DNA of 13,905 nucleotides from a virus (Duplodnaviria; Heunggongvirae; Uroviricota; Caudoviricetes): IMG/VR virus record IMGVR_UViG_2534682164_000017; one strand, 5' to 3'. Shown piece by piece: positions 8,793 to 13,905 of this stretch (position 1 is its first letter; each line of letters starts with the position of its first letter). The notes under the pieces were generated by a model. It saw only the letters and a program-made list of their open reading frames with translations, ran no database searches and was not told where the DNA came from. The position numbers and the translations under genes were made by a program.

Positions 8793-8907
8793 GGGCAAAT
8801 CCAGCGTTCATCAGCCCCCGCATTGCCGACAGGATCACAGACGGGGGGCGCAACTGGTTGTCGTTCAACTGGCCCAGCTACCGTTCTTGTATCAGAGGTG
8901 TGGCTGC

Positions 8908-10299
8908 ATGACAACACCAGTCTGGCGTAATGATGACCTGGAAGGCGCTGTCATTGGCGCATTCTTTCTGCGTGGGGCAGATCATGAAGTGATGGATATT
9001 CTGATCACACTACCGGCGGACATTTTTTCTGTACGAGCGTATCGGGATATCTACACAGGCATCTGCAGACAGGCCCGTGTTTCAGGAGTGATTGACCCCG
9101 TGCTGTTGTGTAATGAGATGCCGGAACTTGCCCCGGTGATTACTGATACCGGGCGTAAAACCTGGGTGAAGTCTTCACTGGAGCACTATGTTGCAGCGTT
9201 GCGGCGCAATGCCGCACTGCGCGATGCAGAAAAAACACTGAATGAGGCGCTGCAGAAATTACGTGATGCGCATACCTGTGAAGCAGCTGAAGATGCCCTG
9301 AAGGATGCGCAGAACATGATGGTCACACTGTCGACAGGAAAGGGCGTCATTCAGCCGGTACATATTGATGATGTGCTTCCGGAAGTGGTTGAGCGTGTTG
9401 AATGCCGGAATCAGGGGCTGGAGAAATCCAGGACGTTGATGACCGGTATTGATGAACTGGACGCAAAAACAGGCGGTATGGAGCCCGGAGACCTGGTATT
9501 CATTGCCGCCCGTCCTTCGATGGGGAAAACCGAACTTGCGCTGGACATCATCGACAAGGTGACTGAGCAGGGGCATGGTGTGCTTCTGTTCACCATGGAG
9601 ATGGCGAACATCCAGATTGGTGAACGTATGGTGTCTGCGGCTGGAGGGATGCCAGTATCACGCCTGAAATCTGTGGCTCACTTTGAAGATGAAGACTGGG
9701 CGCGTTTCTCACAAGGGGTGGGGCGGATGACCGGGCGCAATATCTGGATGGTGGACCAGGCGAACCTGACCATTGATGAGATATGCGCAACAACGAAACA
9801 CCATCTGATTAAACATCCGGAAACGGCGCTGGTGGTGGTTGATTATCTCGGGCTGATAAAAACCCGAACCACGGGGCGTCATGACCTTGCCGTGGGTGAA
9901 ATCTCAAAGGGGCTTAAAGGCCTGGCAAAATCCGGTGGTTTTCCGTTGATTGCGCTGAGCCAGCTCTCCCGCGGTGTGGAGTCCAGACCCAATAAACGTC
10001 CCATGAACTCAGACCTGAAAAATTCCGGAGAAATAGAGGCGGATGCAGACATCATTCTGATGCTTTACAGGGATGAAGTGTACAACCCGGATACACAGGC
10101 TACAGGCATAGCAGAAATTAATATCACGAAACAACGTAACGGTTCTCTGGGGACGATTTACCGGCGTTTTTATAACGGACATTTTCTGCCTGTGGACCAG
10201 GAAAGCGCACAGGTTCTTTCCACCCCAATGCGGCAGCCCCAGCCGCGCAGATACAGCAATACACGTACCGACAGCAGTAAGATGGAGCGTTTCTTTTGA
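8908..10299 (+). CDS. Phage replicative DNA helicase, DnaB family (P22 gene 12-like)
   Basis: DnaB motifs are present: Walker A DLVFIAARPSMGKT, VVVDYLGL, ALSQLSR, EADADIILMLYRDEVY. AGAGG at 8894-8898 and ATG at 8908. The ORF-track start at 8767 lies inside IS2 and is rejected. Confidence 0.85.
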   Translation: MTTPVWRNDDLEGAVIGAFFLRGADHEVMDILITLPADIFSVRAYRDIYTGICRQARVSGVIDPVLLCNEMPELAPVITDTGRKTWVKSSLEHYVAALRRNAALRDAEKTLNEALQKLRDAHTCEAAEDALKDAQNMMVTLSTGKGVIQPVHIDDVLPEVVERVECRNQGLEKSRTLMTGIDELDAKTGGMEPGDLVFIAARPSMGKTELALDIIDKVTEQGHGVLLFTMEMANIQIGERMVSAAGGMPVSRLKSVAHFEDEDWARFSQGVGRMTGRNIWMVDQANLTIDEICATTKHHLIKHPETALVVVDYLGLIKTRTTGRHDLAVGEISKGLKGLAKSGGFPLIALSQLSRGVESRPNKRPMNSDLKNSGEIEADADIILMLYRDEVYNPDTQATGIAEINITKQRNGSLGTIYRRFYNGHFLPVDQESAQVLSTPMRQPQPRRYSNTRTDSSKMERFF

Positions 10300-10310
10300 A
10301 CAACCAGACA

Positions 10311-10553
10311 ATGACTTTTACCTCTGAACAATTGCGTAAACACGCGCAGGAAATGTTGCGACAGGCGGAACAACTGGAAAAAACAGGTGTAACAAAAGAT
10401 GCCATTCGTCGGGATATGGTGCCAGCGCTCAGGGAACTGATGCAGGCGAAACATCGCGCACAAAAAGCGGTGGATGAGCTCGTTGATTGTGTGGCAGAGC
10501 TGGAAACCAAAGTTGGAAAGTTTGAAAAAATGGTGCAGGAGGTGCTGCGCTGA
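10311..10553 (+). CDS. Small hypothetical phage protein (about 80 aa, predicted coiled coil), nin-region ORF
   Basis: An ORF between the helicase and rusA. ATG at 10311 is the first ATG after the helicase stop. Its stop (TGA 10551-10553) overlaps the rusA ATG. Sequence is helical and charged (…LRKHAQEMLRQAEQLEKTG…VDELVDCVAELETKVGKFEKMVQEVLR). Confidence 0.55.
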   Translation: MTFTSEQLRKHAQEMLRQAEQLEKTGVTKDAIRRDMVPALRELMQAKHRAQKAVDELVDCVAELETKVGKFEKMVQEVLR

Positions 10554-10924
10554 TGCGCCATGAGTTTATTTTACCTTATCCGCCGACGGTGAATACTTAC
10601 TGGCGACGTCGTGGCAGCACATATTTTGTATCAAAAGTTGGTGAGCGTTATCGCCGTGATGTGACGCTAATTGTTCGCCAGCAGCGGCTGAAATTAAACC
10701 TGTCCGGAAGGCTGGCGATAAAGATTATTGCAGAGCCACCGGATAAGCGCCGTCGTGACCTGGACAATATCCTGAAAGCACCACTGGATGCGCTGACGCA
10801 TGCCGGACTACTCATAGACGACGAGCAGTTTGATGAAATCAATATTGTGCGCGGTCAGCTCGTTCCTGGTGGGCGACTGGGCGTGAAGATTTATGAAATC
10901 ACAGGTGATAACGATGGCGCGTGA
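10553..10924 (+). CDS. rusA: RusA-family Holliday junction resolvase
   Basis: 123-aa translation with the RusA pattern: N-terminal ...[15 protein letters not shown]... and the catalytic region [29 protein letters not shown], comparable to DLP12 RusA (…PDRRRRDLDN…LDALT…). Its start overlaps the previous stop (TGATG). Confidence 0.85.
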   Translation: MRHEFILPYPPTVNTYWRRRGSTYFVSKVGERYRRDVTLIVRQQRLKLNLSGRLAIKIIAEPPDKRRRDLDNILKAPLDALTHAGLLIDDEQFDEINIVRGQLVPGGRLGVKIYEITGDNDGA

Positions 10925-11300
10925 TATTCAGCAGGTTATGGAACGGTGGGGGGCTTGGGCTGCAAACACTCATGAAGATGTATCCTGGGCGTCGATCGCT
11001 GCTGGTTTTAAAGGGTTAATTCCGTCGAAAGTGAAATCACGCCCTCAGTGTTCTGATGATGATGCAATGATAATTTGTGGCTGTATGGCCCGGTTGAACA
11101 AGAAAAATCAGGATTTGCACGATTTGCTGGTGGATTATTACGTAGGTGGAATGACTTTTATGAGTCTGGCACGGAAACATGGGTGTTCGGATACCTGTAT
11201 TGGCAAGCGCCTGCAGAAAGCGGAAGGGGTTATTGATGGCATGTTGATGATGCTTGATATCCGGCTGGAGATGGACAGATACGTAGAACGAATTATGTAG
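10914..11300 (+). CDS. Q: Late-gene antitermination protein Q (DLP12 QuuD-like)
   Basis: Translation [61 protein letters not shown]... closely resembles lambdoid Q proteins of the QuuD type as recalled. AGGTGA at 10903-10908 precedes ATG at 10914. The start overlaps the rusA 3' end by 11 nt. A candidate late promoter follows immediately. Confidence 0.85.
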   Translation: MARDIQQVMERWGAWAANTHEDVSWASIAAGFKGLIPSKVKSRPQCSDDDAMIICGCMARLNKKNQDLHDLLVDYYVGGMTFMSLARKHGCSDTCIGKRLQKAEGVIDGMLMMLDIRLEMDRYVERIM

Positions 11301-11304
11301 GTGC

Positions 11305-11334
11305 TTGACCAGACACATTGTCCGGGGCTATATT
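11305..11334 (+). promoter_or_regulatory. Candidate sigma70 promoter just downstream of Q (late pR'-like): TTGACC, 18-bp spacer, TATATT
   Basis: The -35 TTGACC is at 11305-11310 and the -10 TATATT at 11329-11334. The predicted initial transcript has a hairpin (GCCAG-CAAAAT-CTGGC, 11343-11358) and ends at an intrinsic terminator about 75 nt downstream, the layout expected for a Q-modified late promoter and tR'. Sequence-only prediction. Confidence 0.45.
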
Positions 11335-11395
11335 CCTCACGCGCCAGCAAAATCTGGCGTCGGGATTGGAACCCCGGATAGAGACCGCGACAGAC

Positions 11396-11420
11396 ACACG
11401 CCGCGAGCGTGTTTTTTATT
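11396..11420 (+). terminator. Intrinsic terminator (tR'-like) downstream of the candidate late promoter
   Basis: Stem ACACGC / GCGTGT with loop CGCGA, followed by TTTTTTATT. Confidence 0.6.
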
Positions 11421-11545
11421 GTCGTATGCACGCGCACATCTGAATTATGGTGGGGCGCATGGGGGAGCTGAAAAGCTCGCCGGTCGGTTTCCCGGTAGTT
11501 CCAACCCTGTGCGTCTCACCACCCGATGATTGGAACCTGACGGTG

Positions 11546-11574
11546 TTGACAGTTTCAGGTTTGCAGTTTACATT
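11546..11574 (+). promoter_or_regulatory. Second candidate sigma70 promoter (TTGACA, 17-bp spacer, TACATT) upstream of the ORF6N gene
   Basis: Consensus -35 TTGACA at 11546-11551 and -10 TACATT at 11569-11574. A weak hairpin plus T7 run (CCACA...TGTGG TTTTTTT, 11610-11637) lies about 40 nt downstream. This could be the true pR' instead of the first candidate. Confidence 0.4.
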
Positions 11575-11780
11575 TCCCCGCGGTGCTCAAAACACCTCGA
11601 AAGCGGTATCCACACCCGATAGCCATGTGGTTTTTTTGTGTCCAGAATTCTTGGTTTATGACCGGGTGTGCGGCTAATACAATACCAGCAATGGAAATAC
11701 GCCCGCCGACTTTCGACGGTTTTGAGCGCCCGGTCACCCTCTCAAAAGGGGTAAATCAAAATATTCGAAAGGACATGTCT

Positions 11781-12344
11781 ATGAATCGCACGTCTATTGA
11801 AAAACTCCCGTCACTTACGCATAACCATCTTCCTGTCATGACAACAGAGCTGCTGGCTGATTTGTACGGAACAGAGCGCCAGCGTTTGACAAACAATTTC
11901 AATCGAAACAAAGAACGGTTTATAGAAGGTAAACATTTTTTCCTGATAGAAGGTGATGCGTTACGAGAGTTGAAGAACGAAAACTCTTTAAGAGTTTCTG
12001 TGAAAATTGCCCGTAACGTTCGCTCCCTCATCCTCTGGACAGAACGTGGCGCAGCCCGTCACGCCAAAATGCTCGAAACCGATCAGGCGTGGGAAGTGTT
12101 CGAAAAACTGGAAGACTGTTATTTCAACCAGAAACAGCCACCAGCGGCACAAAACACATCTATCGAAAATGATGGATGCGCATTACTGAGCCACTTCGAT
12201 AAACACGGTCAGGTTGAGTTCACGGAAAAGGTACCCGCCGATGCGATGGTATGTACTCTGGAACGGTTTAAATTTTATCTGGAGCAACACGGGTGGATCG
12301 TTGCCCGTAAAGAGCAACTGGTGGAGCGGTTGATGCGGTTTTAA
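11781..12344 (+). CDS. ORF6N-domain protein (phage regulatory/antirepressor-like DNA-binding family)
   Basis: AGGA at 11770-11773 and ATG at 11781. The N-terminal segment …VMTTELLADLYGTERQRLTNNFNRNKERFIEGKHFFLIEGDALRELK… matches the ORF6N domain consensus as recalled. The ORF-track start at 11583 is an extension through non-coding sequence and is rejected. Confidence 0.65.
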   Translation: MNRTSIEKLPSLTHNHLPVMTTELLADLYGTERQRLTNNFNRNKERFIEGKHFFLIEGDALRELKNENSLRVSVKIARNVRSLILWTERGAARHAKMLETDQAWEVFEKLEDCYFNQKQPPAAQNTSIENDGCALLSHFDKHGQVEFTEKVPADAMVCTLERFKFYLEQHGWIVARKEQLVERLMRF

Positions 12345-12419
12345 AAATTTTTCCGAAAACTTTACGATCGTAAAAAGTTGAATATCCTGTTAAGAGTGGT
12401 TACTACGCCACACAGCTTA

Positions 12420-12444
12420 AACCCGCCGATGAGCGGGTTTTTTA
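12420..12444 (+). terminator. Intrinsic terminator after the ORF6N gene
   Basis: Stem AACCCGC / GCGGGTT with loop CGATGA, followed by TTTTTA. Confidence 0.6.
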
Positions 12445-12531
12445 TACCTGAAAAACGGCACAGGACGTTAAACGTGCTGGTGGTCAGATGAGTTTGCAGA
12501 TGTGATGACATATGGTTATTATTCTGCCTCC

Positions 12532-12608
12532 GGCCCTTTAGCTCAGTTGGTCAGAGCGAGCGACTCATAATCGCCAGGTCGCTGGTTCAAGTCCAGCAAG
12601 GGCCACCA
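12532..12608 (+). tRNA. Phage-borne tRNA with CAU anticodon (tRNA-Ile2-like; comparable to ileZ of Stx-type phages); tRNA-Met not excluded
   Basis: A 77-nt cloverleaf: acceptor GGCCCTT/AAGGGCC, anticodon loop CTCATAA, T-arm GCTGG-TTCAAGT-CCAGC, 3' ACCA. The 5' 15 nt and 3' 32 nt are identical to the tRNA at 2113-2188. The anticodon stem has an A-C mispair where the chromosomal copy has G-U. Confidence 0.8.
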
Positions 12609-12609
12609 A

Positions 12610-12686
12610 CCACCACTAGCTCATCCGGATAGAGCATCAACCTTCTAAGTTGACGGTGCGAGGTTCGAGTCCTCGGTGGTGGGCCA
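12610..12686 (+). tRNA. Phage-borne tRNA-Arg (anticodon UCU, reads AGA)
   Basis: A 77-nt cloverleaf starting 2 nt after the previous tRNA: acceptor CCACCAC/GTGGTGG (C1-G72), anticodon stem TCAAC/GTTGA with loop CTTCTAA (anticodon TCT), T-arm CGAGG-TTCGAGT-CCTCG, discriminator G, CCA. Confidence 0.7.
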
Positions 12687-12688
12687 GC

Positions 12689-12764
<76 letters not shown>

Positions 12765-12767
12765 TAT

Positions 12768-12842
<75 letters not shown>

Positions 12843-13456
12843 GCGAGATTTGAGACGAAGGTTGTTATTTGCACTGACACAATATTGTGTGGGAATGTCT
12901 GACTCCTTACCATCTCCTGTTCTGTGATGTTGTTTTGTTGCAGTTCCAGTGCTCTTTTTTCAGCACCAGAATGGTGCATTGTCGGTCAGGTTACGTAGTG
13001 AACCTCTGGCAGGGGACTGATGATTCATCATTCTGGTGTTGTAAATATCTCTTCGGACAACTTACAAAATATTCTAAGCAAACCCCGGGAACACACTCTT
13101 AACTGCCTTGGCTGGCGGTTTTTTGTACAGCGCTCGGTATGTGTGAGCTGGAAATCAGATTTTGCATGGACTGGAATCATGCTGTTATTTAGGGGCGAAG
13201 AACTGGCTTTTTCTTCCGCCTTCTCACCAGTAACGATTAGAAAAATAATGAAATGCCCCCCTCCGGGGAGGAGGACCGTAGAAAAAAGGACCCGCCAGCA
13301 AAAACATTGGGGATGAACAGCTTTCGCTACTCAGATTGCTGGCGGGTAAAGTTCCTCATGAATTAAGAATGCTACGCGATTCTTTTTAATGGAAATGAAA
13401 ATTATTGTCAATTAGTCGTGCGTGTTTTTTCATACAATATTGGTAAAGGTGATTCA

Positions 13457-13487
13457 GGCCATCAGAGTTTTGCTGATGGCCTTTTTT
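13457..13487 (+). terminator. Strong intrinsic terminator directly upstream of the holin gene
   Basis: Perfect 9-bp stem GGCCATCAG / CTGATGGCC with loop AGTTTTG, followed by TTTTTT. Confidence 0.65.
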
Positions 13488-13522
13488 CTTTCCGATAGCA
13501 CAGGTCTGTCGGGGGGCGGGAT

Positions 13523-13738
13523 ATGTATCAGATGGAAAAAATATCAACAGGCATTGCCTACGGCACCTCCGCCGGCAGTGCCGGCTACTGGTTTTTGCAG
13601 TGGTTGGATCAGGTCAGTCCATCACAGTGGGCTGCGATTGGTGTGCTGGGAAGTCTGCTTCTGGGGCTTCTGACTTATCTGACAAATCTGTATTTCAAAA
13701 TAAGAGAAGACAAGCGTAAGGCTGCGAGAGGTGAATAA
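13523..13738 (+). CDS. S: Phage holin, class II pinholin (phage 21 S21-like), dual-start motif
   Basis: 71-aa translation [71 protein letters not shown]: two hydrophobic segments and a basic tail, with Met1 and Met4 giving the antiholin/holin dual start. Closely resembles S21 as recalled. Its stop overlaps the next gene's start (TAATG). Confidence 0.85.
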   Translation: MYQMEKISTGIAYGTSAGSAGYWFLQWLDQVSPSQWAAIGVLGSLLLGLLTYLTNLYFKIREDKRKAARGE

Positions 13739-13905
13739 TGTCGCCATCATTACGCAAGGCTGTTGCAGCTGCTATTGGTGGTGGGGCTGTTGCTATAGCA
13801 TCTGTGTTAATCACTGGCCCAGGTGGTAACGATGGTCTGGAAGGTGTCAGCTACATACCATACAAAGATATCATTGGTGTATGGACTGTATGTCACGGAC
13901 ACACC
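13738..13905 (+). CDS. R: Phage SAR endolysin (R21-like lysozyme), 5' part only; continues past the window end
   Basis: ATG at 13738 is open to the window end. Translation [55 protein letters not shown] shows a Gly/Ala-rich N-terminal signal-anchor-release segment followed by the start of a lysozyme catalytic region. Not in the ORF track because no stop lies within the window. Confidence 0.8.
   Translation, partial: MSPSLRKAVAAAIGGGAVAIASVLITGPGGNDGLEGVSYIPYKDIIGVWTVCHGHT

Larger units (their letters stand above)
7473..8803 (+). mobile_element. IS2 (IS3 family), complete 1331-bp copy with no flanking 5-bp direct repeat
   Basis: Begins TAGACTGGCCCCCTGAATCTCCAGACA and ends TGTCTGGAAATATAGGGGCAAATCCA. 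Length is 1331 bp. Contains the orfA/orfB pair with the typical overlap. The 5 bp on the left (GTTGC) and right (GCGTT) do not match. Confidence 0.9.

Noticed and set aside
8767-8907. N-terminal extension of the helicase ORF starting at 8767
   Set aside because: The extension begins inside the IS2 right end and crosses the junction. The first plausible start with a ribosome-binding site is ATG 8908, and the DnaB-like N-terminal region begins there.
11583-11780. N-terminal extension of the ORF6N gene starting at 11583, and overlapping track ORFs 11305-11529, 11447-11677, 11555-11737
   Set aside because: This region holds promoter and terminator-like elements and has no coding character. A good ribosome-binding site precedes ATG 11781, where the domain homology starts.
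13405-13438. Possible promoter TTGTCA ... TACAAT upstream of the holin gene
   Set aside because: The spacing between the -35-like and -10-like hexamers is 22 bp by my count, too long for sigma70, and the alternative -10 is poor. It is not reported as a feature.
12843-13522. Track ORFs 12887-13102, 13020-13316, 13422-13673 and minus-strand 12794-12979 as protein-coding genes, and a possible Shiga-toxin remnant
   Set aside because: No convincing ribosome-binding sites. The ORFs overlap one another, the tRNA or the holin gene, and their translations are low-complexity. I also saw no resemblance to stx sequences as I recall them. The interval is reported as a finding instead.

Overview
This window reads as an Escherichia coli-type accessory region, built from insertion sequences, a tRNA locus and the late half of a lambdoid prophage. 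All identifications are from reading the sequence and recalling protein and IS families; no database search was run. Left to right: (1) a GH13 alpha-amylase-like gene remnant on the minus strand (1-525), cut by IS1; (2) two IS1 copies in direct tandem only 8 bp apart (526-1293, 1302-2068), both mutationally inactivated; (3) a tRNA with CAU anticodon resembling tRNA-Ile2 (2113-2188); (4) a third, apparently intact IS1 in inverted orientation with an 8-bp target duplication (2499-3266); (5) an AT-rich orphan gene for a 492-aa protein with pentapeptide-like repeats and an acidic tail (3720-5198); (6) a degenerate Pin-like invertase remnant (about 5480-5770); (7) the 5' part of an AIDA/Ag43-type autotransporter (6109-7472), cut off by (8) a complete 1331-bp IS2 (7473-8803) with no target duplication; (9) a prophage segment that starts abruptly at the IS2: DnaB-like helicase, small coiled-coil ORF, RusA, antiterminator Q, candidate late promoter and terminator, an ORF6N-domain gene, four tightly packed tRNA genes (Ile2-like CAU, Arg UCU, Thr UGU, Gly UCC), an ORF-poor 680-bp segment where lambdoid phages often carry cargo, then a phage-21-type pinholin and the start of a SAR endolysin running off the window. 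No CRISPR array, rRNA or toxin gene was seen. The most interesting items are the orphan 492-aa gene, the phage tRNA array with an apparently empty cargo slot, and the IS2 junction that fuses a truncated adhesin gene to a beheaded prophage.
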